DNA of 44,535 nt from an uncultured Clostridia bacterium (GTDB lineage: Bacteria; Bacillota; Clostridia; Oscillospirales; Ruminococcaceae): contig CAOJXI010000001.1 in NCBI GenBank assembly GCA_948465665.1, positions 1 through 44,535 of the forward strand, read 5' to 3'. Position 1 is the first letter of the stretch, and each line of letters begins with the position of its first letter. The translations under genes were made by a program, and so were the position numbers. This document shows, one piece after another, positions 36,050-44,525 of the stretch. The notes under the pieces are model-generated. The model was not told the origin of the DNA, searched no databases, and saw nothing but the letters and a program-made list of their open reading frames with translations.

Positions 36050-36931
36050 TTATTCTAAAGATTTCAGGGAACTGCGGTATTGTTCCATTTGGGCTTCGTC
36101 TGTTGAGTCTATAACAGCCTGTAATTGACGTACTGCAAAATCCCGCTCCTTTGGAAGATATGCCGTTATCGGGTAGAAGTTTGATTTGGAATCAGCAAAC
36201 AGATGTGTACGTATTTGGAGGTTTTCAATCAATATCTGTAATTCCCGGATACGTTCTTTTTCCCCGGCAGGAATAAATTCCCCCCGCCTTTCCATTTCAA
36301 AAAGTTCCGTTCCGGGAAACAGGGTAAGGGAATCTACGGATATAAAGTATGGGTTCAGCCGGCTGAATAATTCCGCGCTGTTTTCCGCGTTCCGGCTGCC
36401 CCCTCCCTTTCCCGCCAGCCCTGTCATATAGACAAAATAATATTCAATCCCCGCCTCGTCCAATTTACTGCATTGTTCTAAAATATCCTGTGAAGCATAC
36501 CCCTTGTTTGCCAGTAAAAGCGTTTCGTCGTCCCCGCTTTCTGTGCCGATACTCAAGCCGTTTACTCCCATCGCCTTTAATTTACGCAACTGCCATACTT
36601 CCTTATTTTTAATATCCCGTATGCTGGCAAACATGGAGATATTCTGGCACTTAATCAAATAATCCCGGACAGTCAAAATATACGGTTTTAGCCGTTCATA
36701 GCTTAATGCAAAGGGATTAGCCCCTGTCAGGAAAACCCTCCTTGCATTGGGCTGGTAGTTTTTGATTTCCTTTAGATCTTCTTCAAACTCCGATATCGGC
36801 GATAACCGGAACGGCTCGTTTTGATAGAGATTACAGAACCGGCATTTCCGGTAAGTACAGCCGGAAGTGATTTGAAGGATACAGGAAACGGATTCATAAT
36901 TAGGCCGCCATGTCCTCCCTGTAAAGTGCAT
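36050..36931 (-). CDS. Radical SAM protein, paralog 2 of a tandem pair (CX4CX2C cluster motif)
   Basis: MHFTGRTWRPNYES...ITSGCTYRKCRFCNLY plus glycine-rich and TIM-barrel-like downstream motifs (FLTGANPF, GLSIGTESGDD). AGGGAGGG RBS. Confidence 0.7.
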   Translation of the reverse strand: MHFTGRTWRPNYESVSCILQITSGCTYRKCRFCNLYQNEPFRLSPISEFEEDLKEIKNYQPNARRVFLTGANPFALSYERLKPYILTVRDYLIKCQNISMFASIRDIKNKEVWQLRKLKAMGVNGLSIGTESGDDETLLLANKGYASQDILEQCSKLDEAGIEYYFVYMTGLAGKGGGSRNAENSAELFSRLNPYFISVDSLTLFPGTELFEMERRGEFIPAGEKERIRELQILIENLQIRTHLFADSKSNFYPITAYLPKERDFAVRQLQAVIDSTDEAQMEQYRSSLKSLE

Positions 36932-36945
36932 CCGATTTTCCCTCC

Positions 36946-37839
36946 CTATAAGTGGCGCAGGTTTTTGCGGTAGCTGCGCAGTTCGTTTTCGCTGATCGTC
37001 CCAATAATTCCATCCAGTACAGATAAAACTTTATCTTTATCCCTTGGCAGCATCCCCTGGATTTGTATTGGATTGGACGCTCCCATCGCGCCGAACCAAA
37101 CGGGGATATCCAGGTTTTCAATCAAGGTTTTTAATTCCTGGTATTTTTCAATTTCCGCTTCTTCCTGCCAGTTTCCTTTTTGGATTTCGGCATATAATTC
37201 TGAATTTGGATATATTGTCAGCATATTTGCCCCAATAATCTGTGGGTGAAGCTGGTTGAATACCTCAGCGGTTATTTCCGCGCCCTTCTTCCCTTTGCCC
37301 GCGCCGGAAATACCCGTCAGGTAAAAGAAATAATAATCAATCCCCGCCTTGTCCAATCGGCTGCATTGGGTAAGGATATCTTTTGAAAGATACCCCTTTT
37401 TCATAAACTCCAGCGCTTCGTTGTCTCCCGTTTCAACGCCAATCGTCAAACCGGTATACCCGGCGGCCTTTAATTCGCAAAGTTCTTTATCGTTTTTTAA
37501 GGCGATATCCGTTATTCTGGAAAAGCAGCCGATGGTCTTACACGACGGGAAATATTTTTGAACCAGCCCGGCGATTTCCAACAGGCGAGACGTTTTCAGT
37601 ACGAAGGGGTTCGCCCCGGTTAAAAAGGTTCGGGAGATCCAATTGCTTTTCCAAATTTCCGAACTGGCTTCTTTTAAATCAGCCTCAATATCCTCCAGGG
37701 GAGACTTTTTAAAATGGAAGGGCAGGTCTTCATATAAAGTACAGAATTTACACTTGTGATGGGTGCATCCGGCGGTAACTTCCAAAAGCAGGGAGGACGC
37801 TTCATAAGGCGGCCTCCATATTGTTCCTGTATAGTGCAT
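36946..37839 (-). CDS. Radical SAM protein, paralog 1 of a tandem pair (CX4CX2C cluster motif)
   Basis: MHYTGTIWRPPYEA...VTAGCTHHKCKFCTLY, collinear with the downstream paralog. The ATG at 37839 is chosen by alignment with the paralog and by AAGGGG 8 nt upstream. Confidence 0.7.
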   Translation of the reverse strand: MHYTGTIWRPPYEASSLLLEVTAGCTHHKCKFCTLYEDLPFHFKKSPLEDIEADLKEASSEIWKSNWISRTFLTGANPFVLKTSRLLEIAGLVQKYFPSCKTIGCFSRITDIALKNDKELCELKAAGYTGLTIGVETGDNEALEFMKKGYLSKDILTQCSRLDKAGIDYYFFYLTGISGAGKGKKGAEITAEVFNQLHPQIIGANMLTIYPNSELYAEIQKGNWQEEAEIEKYQELKTLIENLDIPVWFGAMGASNPIQIQGMLPRDKDKVLSVLDGIIGTISENELRSYRKNLRHL

Positions 37840-38014
37840 ATACAACGCCCCTTTTTTAAATTTGGAACTATCATTAAAATACACCGATGCTTTATCTCTT
37901 TCAAGTACGGTCTTTTTTTAGTAATAGTATCTTTTTTCCTACCTGGAACAATAAAAAACAGTATCTTGTTTTTTATTTTGGATAGGAATATACTTTTGGA
38001 AAGGGGTGTTTATC

Positions 38015-38386
38015 ATGGCTGAAAATAAATTTACAGATGAAAAACAGCTTGCCCAGTGCGTTCCAATGGGCAAGCTGCAATCTGTCATAGGCGGCAAATG
38101 GAAAATATTAATCCTATGGTATGTTACATTTTACAAAGTCCAGCGTTTTGGGGAATTAATGCGCCGCCTTGACGGAATTACACAGTCCACTTTGACAAAG
38201 CAGCTCCGGGAGCTGGAAAAGGACGGGTTCCTTCACCGGGAAATCTACAAAGAAATCCCTCCGAAAGTAGAATATACTCTTACAGAGTTAGGGGAAAGCT
38301 TTGTTCCCGTCCTCCAAACCATGATGGCATGGAGTGAAAAATACTTATGCCCGGATTATATAAACCCATATCGGGAACAGGCATAA
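38015..38386 (+). CDS. HxlR family transcriptional regulator
   Basis: GGKWKILILWYV...RFGELMRRLDGITQSTLTKQLRELEKDGFLHREIY.EIPPKVEYTLTELG is a canonical HxlR winged-helix sequence. The gene is divergent from the radical SAM pair. Confidence 0.85.
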   Translation: MAENKFTDEKQLAQCVPMGKLQSVIGGKWKILILWYVTFYKVQRFGELMRRLDGITQSTLTKQLRELEKDGFLHREIYKEIPPKVEYTLTELGESFVPVLQTMMAWSEKYLCPDYINPYREQA

Positions 38387-38402
38387 AAAGCGGGCGGCGG
38401 AT

Positions 38403-39266
38403 TCAGCTTTCGGCGCTGCCCAAACCGGAAAGCTTTTCATAAAGCCATTCTGGGGATATTCCTTTGGTACTTATCTCTACCAGGATATCCCCATAGAGAA
38501 CACCGAAATTCATACGCTTCCCAGCAGTATCTCCCATATCCCTGACAGAATAGGCTCTGCGTTTGACTGCATCCAATGTTAATTCATTTCCCCGAAAAAT
38601 AGGGTGATCCACAATTTGAAAAAGCTCAATCGGGACAGAATCTGCAAGTGGGATGGAATACAGCCCCAAATCATAGTTTTTAGTGTCTTCAATGGATGTC
38701 ACCCTGTCAGCGTCCCCTTCGCTGTAAAAGGAAACCCGCCAGCTAATTTCATCAAACGAGCCTGTCCCCTTTGTCCAAAGCCCGGAAAGAAAATAGCTGT
38801 TTTCATCCTGATACAAACGGATATTTTCTACCTGGAAACCCGCCGGGGCTTCCGACAGCATATAGGCGCCAAAGGGTTCATTTGCCAGGGCTTTCGGCAG
38901 GGTAAGGGCTTTGTCTATAAAGGTATCCGATTTCTTAGCGGAGTCAGCCTGGCTGGATGATTTTGGAATTCTATTATCCGAAGTTTCCGGGTGGCTTTGA
39001 GGGACAGAACTGGATGGATGTTCTGATTCCATAACCGCGCTGACAGAAGGGATTTCACTGGATGTACTTCCTTCCAAGCCGGAAATACCCGGATTCAACA
39101 ACCCCGGCAGGGCCGCCGCCCCTGCTATTGCCAGACAAATGCAGGCTGCCAGCGTTCCCCATCTTTTCCAGCTTATAATCCTTCCCCTTGCTGCATCCTG
39201 CTCACTCTGATACAGGATATTTTCTTCAATGCTGTTAAAACCTTCATATAACGCGAATTTTTTCAT
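38403..39266 (-). CDS. Putative anti-sigma factor / membrane protein
   Basis: Its start overlaps the sigma gene stop (ATGA). It has a short cytoplasmic N-terminus, one TM segment (WGTLAACICLAIAGAAALPGLL), a Ser-rich linker and an extracytoplasmic domain. Confidence 0.5.
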   Translation of the reverse strand: MKKFALYEGFNSIEENILYQSEQDAARGRIISWKRWGTLAACICLAIAGAAALPGLLNPGISGLEGSTSSEIPSVSAVMESEHPSSSVPQSHPETSDNRIPKSSSQADSAKKSDTFIDKALTLPKALANEPFGAYMLSEAPAGFQVENIRLYQDENSYFLSGLWTKGTGSFDEISWRVSFYSEGDADRVTSIEDTKNYDLGLYSIPLADSVPIELFQIVDHPIFRGNELTLDAVKRRAYSVRDMGDTAGKRMNFGVLYGDILVEISTKGISPEWLYEKLSGLGSAES

Positions 39267-39823
39267 TCTATCAGCCCTTCCTTTTGCAAATACTGTTTTA
39301 ATTTCCGGCGGGTTCGGGAAAGTATTACCGTTATATGGTGGGCAGTAAGCCTGTATCTGTTGGCAATCTCCGAAATGGATTCGGAAAAGAAATACCGGCG
39401 GACAAAGATATTACATTCCCTTTGGGAAAGGGTTTTTACAAAAAAATTAATCTTTCCGCCAATCTCCCTGGAAAAGTATTCTGATTCCACGCTGTCAGGG
39501 TCGCTTAAACATTCGGCAAGCTCGTCTAAAATTACCGCTGTCTCTCCCCTACCCCGTTTTAATGTCATTTTGGCTTTGTACCTGTTCAGGGAGATGCTCC
39601 TGGTAATTTTGGCAAAAAAGTATTTCAGTTTGGCAGGACGCTGTGGCGGGATAGCAAGCCACGCCTGGAGCCAGGTATCATTGACACATTCCTCTGAATC
39701 TTCCCGGTTTTGCAGGATGTTTTGGGCAATGGCAAAACAGTAGCTGCCATACCTGGCATTGGATTCCCCGATTGCCCGCTCGTCCCGCTGCCAATAGGTT
39801 TCTATAATTTGTTCGTCAGTCAT
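39263..39823 (-). CDS. RNA polymerase sigma-70 family (ECF-like) factor
   Basis: Region 2-like YCFAIAQNILQNREDSEECVNDTWLQAW and region 4-like LSQRECNIFVRRYFFSESISEIANRYRLTAHHITVILSRTRRKL. The ATG at 39823 follows AAAGGAG. The upstream ORF extension to 39970 is rejected. Confidence 0.8.
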   Translation of the reverse strand: MTDEQIIETYWQRDERAIGESNARYGSYCFAIAQNILQNREDSEECVNDTWLQAWLAIPPQRPAKLKYFFAKITRSISLNRYKAKMTLKRGRGETAVILDELAECLSDPDSVESEYFSREIGGKINFFVKTLSQRECNIFVRRYFFSESISEIANRYRLTAHHITVILSRTRRKLKQYLQKEGLIE

Positions 39824-40030
39824 AATTTCTCCTTTCTCCCTGTTATGAAAGGGCCTTTCACTGGAATAAGACAACTTTTTTCCGCCAAAATCACAGGAAA
39901 AATTTTTCTCCTTGAAAAAGTTTGCATAATAAAGGAATGGCATAGCTGTAACAATTCTAAGGAAAAGCAAGGCTGTGGAGGTATAAGTCTTAGCATACTC
40001 CCACAGCTTTGTTTTTATCTCATATTATTT

Positions 40031-40445
40031 AACGTGAGTTCGGTAAAATTTTTTGCTTTTCGGCATTAGGTACGCCATCCAGCAAACCGTTGGTTTGCTG
40101 GATGGCTGCAAGAGAAAACTTTTAGCTCTGTCCAACTCTGCGGAGTTGGACGAAGCGGAAGAAGCCCGCCAAATGGGGCTGCCCGCCCTAAGCTGGTACC
40201 AATCCCAATCTTATCTCACCCTCTGAGCAATTCCAGCGGGCTTTTGATTTTGAATACTGACGAAGCGGTTAGTTATCAGTTTCTTAGGTAAGGCTTGCCT
40301 TGGCTTTAAGCCTGCTGGGGTATTTCGCGCCTGCGGGCGCGACCAGGGGGCTTTTGAGGAAAGCCCCCTGGTCCCGAAACCTTTTTAATCCGCCCCAGCC
40401 TGTACTCGTCTTAGGTTGTGCCCGCAAATATGCTTTACCGAACCC
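40031..40445 (+). repeat. Mosaic structured repeat family, copy D (full length)
   Basis: Collinear with copy B. It contains a perfect 15-bp hairpin GCCATCCAGCAAACC/GGTTTGCTGGATGGC, then GTCCAACTC/GAGTTGGAC, CGCGCC/GGCGCG and CCAGGGGGCT/AGCCCCCTGG. Confidence 0.75.
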
Positions 40446-40446
40446 A

Positions 40447-40602
40447 TTATTTACTATGGCACATACCTTTACTTGGGCAATTCTCACAGCCGCACCCACA
40501 GCCTCCACCTTTATGATGGATTCGGTTATAAATCCCCTTGCCAATAACAGCCGCAAAAGGAACAAATATAATAACCGCGCCAATAAATGTAGGTAAATTC
40601 AT
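40447..40602 (-). CDS. FeoB-associated Cys-rich membrane protein
   Basis: 51 aa: MNLPTFIGAVIIFVPFAAVIGKGIYNRIHHKGGGCGCGCENCPSKGMCHSK (a TM helix plus a Cys-rich tail), immediately downstream of feoB. Confidence 0.7.
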   Translation of the reverse strand: MNLPTFIGAVIIFVPFAAVIGKGIYNRIHHKGGGCGCGCENCPSKGMCHSK

Positions 40603-40612
40603 ATTATCACAC

Positions 40613-42775
40613 TCACTTTCCCATTCCAACAGCAGACCCAGTGGGAACCCGCAGGCGGTTGTCATCATACTTATTAGGCCGAACCACCATATAAATGAGC
40701 CCTGCCAGCACCAAAAATGCTGCAATCGTTCCAATTCCGAACCCATTCCCGGCAAAAAGCCCTCCGATCTGGTACACAATCAGGGAAACGGCATAAGCAA
40801 ACCCGCACATATACCCAATAGCGCCCCAAGTCCATTTAGCGTTGTTCATCTCTCTTTTGATAGCCCCCATAGCAGCAAAGCAGGGAGCGCAGAGCAGGTT
40901 AAACACCATAAAGGCATATGCAGAAAGCATGGTATAATCAGCGGCAATGTTGGCCCATATTTCCTGACCATCCTCGGCAACCTCGGCAAAGCCGTATAAC
41001 ACACCAAAGGTAGTAACAACATTTTCTTTAGCAATCAGCCCGGTAAAGGTAGCAACAGCGGCTTTCCAGTTTCCGAAACCCAAAGGGGTAAAAAGGAAAG
41101 CAATAGATGAACCGACAGCAGCCAGCAGGGAGTTGTTGTTATCCTCCACCATTCCGAAAGCCCCATCTATAAAGCCAAATCCCTGGAGGAACCATAGAAT
41201 AATGGAGGAAGCAAGGATAACTGTTCCAGCCCGTTTGATAAAAGACCAGCCCCGCTCCCAGGTAGCCCGGAGAACGTTCCCGGCAGAGGGCGCATGATAA
41301 GAAGGCAGCTCCATAACAAAGGGAGCGGGATCACCTGCAAATGCTTTTGTTTTCTTTAACATCACGCCGGAAACAATAACGGCTGCAACTCCCAGGAAGT
41401 AGGCAGAAACAGCAACCAGCCCGGAACCTCCAAACAGTGCGCCCGCAAATAAGCCGATAATGGGCATTTTCGCACCACAGGGAATAAAGCCGGTAGTCAT
41501 AATGGTCATGCGGCGATCCCTCTCGCTTTCAATGGTGCGGCTGGCCATAATGCCGGGCACGCCGCAGCCGGAAGCTATCAGCATGGGGATAAAGCTCTTG
41601 CCAGACAGACCGAATTTGCGGAAAATGCGATCCATAATAAAGGCCACCCTAGCCATATACCCCACATCTTCTAAAATAGAGAGAAGCAGGAACAGCACCA
41701 GCATTTGAGGTACAAATCCCAGAACAGAACCCACCCCGGCAACAATGCCGTCTGCCACCAGCCCGGTAAGCCAGCCGGCGCAGCCAATAGATTCCATCCA
41801 CCCGCCCAGAGAACCACATAACGTCTCGGCAGTATCATTCGTCCAGTCCGTAGCGGCTGCACCAACAGTAGACATGGAAATCCAGTAAACCGCAAACATG
41901 ACAGCCGCAAAAATAGGAAGGGCAAATATCCTGTTCGTGACAATCCGGTCAATTTTGTCGGAAACAGTCAGGCCATGTTTCGACAGCTTTTTATGGACAG
42001 CCTTTTCTGCAATACTGTTAATATAAATGTATCTCTGGTTTGTAATAATGCTTTCCGCATCATCATCCAGCTCGGCTTCACACTCCTTGATGTGTTCTTC
42101 CAGATGGGCGGTGGTTTCCTGGCTGAAATGCAGTTCCTCCATAACTTTTTCATCCCGTTCAAATACCTTGATGGCATACCAGCGGAGATATTTCCCATCT
42201 ACCCTCTCAGCAATGGTTTCTTCAATATGGGCAATGGCATGTTCCACGCTTCCGGTGAATACATGGGGCAGTTCCCTGTTTTGCTGTGCCCTTGCCGCTG
42301 CAACTGCCTTCTGTGCCGCCTCCAGGCCGCCTTCGCCTTTCAGGGCGCTTATCTCCAACACTTGACATCCCAGGGCTTCCCCTAGTTTTTTCAAGTCTAT
42401 TTTATCACCGTTTTTCCTCACCAGGTCAATCATGTTTACCGCTACAACAACTGGCAGGCCCAGCTCGATGAGCTGCGTTGTCAGGTAAAGGTTGCGTTCA
42501 ATATTGGTGCCGTCTACAATATTCAGGATTGCGTCTGGCTTCTCGCTGACAAGGTAATTTCTCGCAACCACTTCTTCCAGGGTATAGGGGGACAGGGAAT
42601 AGATCCCTGGAAGGTCTTGAATCATAATCTCTTTATTTCCTCTTAACTGCCCTTCCTTTTTTTCTACGGTTACACCGGGCCAGTTTCCCACATACTGGCT
42701 GGAACCGGTCAAGGCATTGAATAAGGTGGTTTTGCCGCAGTTGGGATTGCCCGCCAGGGCTATTTTGATCTCCAT
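40613..42775 (-). CDS. feoB: Ferrous iron transporter FeoB
   Basis: N-terminal G-domain IALAGNPNCGKTTLFNALTG...DLPGIYSL, followed by a polytopic membrane domain. The ATG at 42775 follows AGGGAG. Confidence 0.95.
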   Translation of the reverse strand: MEIKIALAGNPNCGKTTLFNALTGSSQYVGNWPGVTVEKKEGQLRGNKEIMIQDLPGIYSLSPYTLEEVVARNYLVSEKPDAILNIVDGTNIERNLYLTTQLIELGLPVVVAVNMIDLVRKNGDKIDLKKLGEALGCQVLEISALKGEGGLEAAQKAVAAARAQQNRELPHVFTGSVEHAIAHIEETIAERVDGKYLRWYAIKVFERDEKVMEELHFSQETTAHLEEHIKECEAELDDDAESIITNQRYIYINSIAEKAVHKKLSKHGLTVSDKIDRIVTNRIFALPIFAAVMFAVYWISMSTVGAAATDWTNDTAETLCGSLGGWMESIGCAGWLTGLVADGIVAGVGSVLGFVPQMLVLFLLLSILEDVGYMARVAFIMDRIFRKFGLSGKSFIPMLIASGCGVPGIMASRTIESERDRRMTIMTTGFIPCGAKMPIIGLFAGALFGGSGLVAVSAYFLGVAAVIVSGVMLKKTKAFAGDPAPFVMELPSYHAPSAGNVLRATWERGWSFIKRAGTVILASSIILWFLQGFGFIDGAFGMVEDNNNSLLAAVGSSIAFLFTPLGFGNWKAAVATFTGLIAKENVVTTFGVLYGFAEVAEDGQEIWANIAADYTMLSAYAFMVFNLLCAPCFAAMGAIKREMNNAKWTWGAIGYMCGFAYAVSLIVYQIGGLFAGNGFGIGTIAAFLVLAGLIYMVVRPNKYDDNRLRVPTGSAVGMGK

Positions 42776-42803
42776 GATGTAGCTCCCTTCTCGCTCTTTT
42801 TTA

Positions 42804-42819
42804 ATTAGCATACGCTAAC
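42804..42819. promoter_or_regulatory. Operator candidate ATTAGCatacGCTAAC upstream of feoB
   Basis: It has the same TTAGC-N4-GCTAA core as 623-638 and the sites at 43402-43454. Confidence 0.45.
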
Positions 42820-42884
42820 CTTGCTATACAAGGCCGCGGTTGATCAAAGCTCCCATAGAAGGATTTGACCATTGAAACACCTTC

Positions 42885-43106
42885 TTAATAGATTTCTATC
42901 ATTTCTGCGTCAGCTTTGCGCACCGAAAGTTCATAGCCACGGACATTCAGCTCCATAGGGTCTCCCAGAGGGGCCACCTTACGGATATGGAGGTCAACAC
43001 CCCTGGTAATACCCATATCCATAATCCGCCGCTTGACTGCCCCTTCGCCGTGGAGCCTGACCACTGTAACAGTGTCGCCGACCTTTGCATCTTTCAAAGT
43101 TTTCAT
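42885..43106 (-). CDS. feoA: FeoA family protein
   Basis: 73 aa. The SH3-like FeoA pattern is present: L.DAKVGDTVTVVRL.GEGAVKRRIMDMGITRG. Confidence 0.85.
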   Translation of the reverse strand: MKTLKDAKVGDTVTVVRLHGEGAVKRRIMDMGITRGVDLHIRKVAPLGDPMELNVRGYELSVRKADAEMIEIY

Positions 43107-43122
43107 ACTGCTGTCCTCCCTT

Positions 43123-43172
43123 AGAGCCTGTTTAGGATCTCAACGTGTGCGGGGAGATTCTAAACAGGCTCT
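43123..43172. repeat. Palindromic element M2 (50-bp form) between the two feoA genes
   Basis: AGAGCCTGTTTAGGATCTCAACGTGTGCGGGGAGATTCTAAACAGGCTCT. It is identical to the arms of the 100-bp copy at 9805-9904. Confidence 0.8.
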
Positions 43173-43384
43173 TAAATTATAATCCGGTTTGCCAAGGTTT
43201 TATCCAGTGCAACCCGGCTGTCCTTTACCTGAAGGATCAGACTGCCCGCCAATTCGTTGATGACAGTAGCCTGACCATCTGCCACAAAGCCCAGCTCCGC
43301 CAGATGCTGGCGTACTTCGTCCTTTCCCGTGATCTTTTGGATCGTTACTGTTTCTCCTGCTTTCGCCATGGACAGAGGCATCAT
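43172..43384 (-). CDS. feoA: FeoA family protein
   Basis: 70 aa. LSMAKAGETVTIQKITGKDEVRQHLAELGFV. GGAG RBS. Confidence 0.85.
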   Translation of the reverse strand: MMPLSMAKAGETVTIQKITGKDEVRQHLAELGFVADGQATVINELAGSLILQVKDSRVALDKTLANRIII

Positions 43385-43401
43385 ATTCTGTCACTCCTTT
43401 T

Positions 43402-43486
43402 GTTAGCAACAGCTAACCATTTCTCATTTAAATAAGGACTTAGCTTGTGCTAACTCCTTTAACGACTATTAGTTTACCTTAGCTAA
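43402..43486. promoter_or_regulatory. Cluster of three operator candidates in the feo promoter/leader
   Basis: GTTAGCaacaGCTAAC (43402-43417) and CTTAGCttgtGCTAAC (43439-43454), plus a compact CTTAGCTAAC (43478-43487) that lies inside the promoter spacer. Confidence 0.5.
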
Positions 43487-43499
43487 CTCAATTTGTCAA
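43471..43499 (-). promoter_or_regulatory. feo operon promoter candidate
   Basis: Minus strand reads TTGACA-N17-TAAACT. Confidence 0.45.
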
Positions 43500-43543
43500 T
43501 AGGTTTTTAAAGATTTTCCCAAGCGGTTCACAGTTTCGGCGGT

Positions 43544-44110
43544 TTAGACAAAATGGTTGAAGGGAGAGGCCCTTTTTGGGGAAATTTCTGTTTTGCCAAA
43601 GAGTTTGATTGTATGGACAGTTATTTGGAATACATACGGTTCTGTAAAATGCAGAATTTGAAGCTTCCCGATAAAACAAATATATTGCCTGCCGTTCCTG
43701 TAGAAATAAACATTCATTTCCTTGCCGCAGTTTGCAAATACCTTGTCAATAACCAATTCAGGCTTTACAGAGGAAAACTCAAGCGTTTCCAGTCCCTTAT
43801 GCCGCTGGATTGTTGTAATAAACGCAAAATTGGGAACTTCCCTGTCATCTTTGGGATTATCAAAATACGCAATACAGGCTTCTTCCCCTGTCTGAACCAG
43901 CCTGTCAAGGCGCTTTTCCGCCGTATAATGTGGAGCTAACCGGGCTGTAAGGCAGCACGCTGTAAGCAGCATTACTATTGTACAGACAAAAGCCCCTATT
44001 ATCACAGCGATATAGGGAAAGAAATAGATAAACCTCGCAATAAGCATAACAGCCAGAATAATCGAAATTATTCCAAAAGAAACTATAACATATGGTTTGA
44101 ACTTATTCAT
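43544..44110 (-). CDS. Hypothetical membrane protein
   Basis: 188-aa ORF with two N-terminal hydrophobic helices (VIVSFGIISIILAVMLIARFIYF, IAVIIGAFVCTIVMLLTACCL). No family recognised. Confidence 0.5.
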   Translation of the reverse strand: MNKFKPYVIVSFGIISIILAVMLIARFIYFFPYIAVIIGAFVCTIVMLLTACCLTARLAPHYTAEKRLDRLVQTGEEACIAYFDNPKDDREVPNFAFITTIQRHKGLETLEFSSVKPELVIDKVFANCGKEMNVYFYRNGRQYICFIGKLQILHFTEPYVFQITVHTIKLFGKTEISPKRASPFNHFV

Positions 44111-44130
44111 TTCATATTTCCTGTTTTTCG

Positions 44131-44159
44131 TTGTAAAAAGTCGAATTTTGTGTTATACT
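44131..44159 (+). promoter_or_regulatory. Toxin-mRNA promoter, unit 5
   Basis: TTGTAA-N17-TATACT with TGt extended -10. It shares AA(A/T)GTCGAA spacer sequence with the promoters of units 1-3. Confidence 0.45.
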
Positions 44160-44268
44160 TCTGATGTGGCGCTGCCAAAAACGGTAGGCGGTTGGCTCCC
44201 GGCAGGGGGCCGTTCCCCCCATTGGGAATATTTCTTGGCCCCCTTACATATGAAAGGGGGGCTGCCTT

Positions 44269-44352
44269 ATGACAACAAGTGAAGTTTTACAGCTTTGCCT
44301 GGTAATCATTGGTATCTGTAATCTGTTCATTCAGATTTACAAAAAGAAATAA
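44269..44352 (+). CDS. 27-aa type I toxin candidate peptide, unit 5 (inverted relative to the array)
   Basis: MTTSEVLQLCLVIIGICNLFIQIYKKK. AGGGGGG SD lies 7 nt upstream. The stop is embedded in the terminator stem AAATAATCGCCG...CGGCGATTTATTT. Confidence 0.6.
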   Translation: MTTSEVLQLCLVIIGICNLFIQIYKKK

Positions 44353-44440
44353 TCGCCGGCTCTCCTCGCAAAAGAACGGCGATTTATTTCTTTAATTCTT
44401 TTAGCAGGGAGCCAACCGTCTGCTGGCAGCGCCCTTTTAT
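44338..44440 (-). ncRNA. Candidate antisense small RNA, unit 5
   Basis: The minus strand carries a consensus TTGACA(44470-44475)-N17-TATAAT(44447-44452). The shared hairpin is followed on the minus strand by TTTCTTTTTGT. Confidence 0.45.
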
Positions 44441-44496
44441 GTTTTTATTATATCCAAATTTACCTTTCCTGTCAACTGCTTTTCCCTTGTAAAATG

Positions 44497-44525
44497 TCGA
44501 ATCCTGCGGTATAATACATTATGGA
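44497..44525 (+). promoter_or_regulatory. Promoter reading out of the window
   Basis: TTGTAA-N17-TATAAT. Its -35/spacer is similar to the toxin promoters, and it lies back-to-back with the unit 5 antisense promoter. GGAGG follows at 44533. Confidence 0.4.

Noticed and set aside
40603-40779. The long form (110 aa) of the ORF at 40447-40779, which overlaps the 3' end of feoB.
   Set aside because: Only the last 51 codons (from the ATG at 40602) give the typical FeoB-associated TM-plus-Cys-rich peptide. The rest lies out of frame inside feoB.
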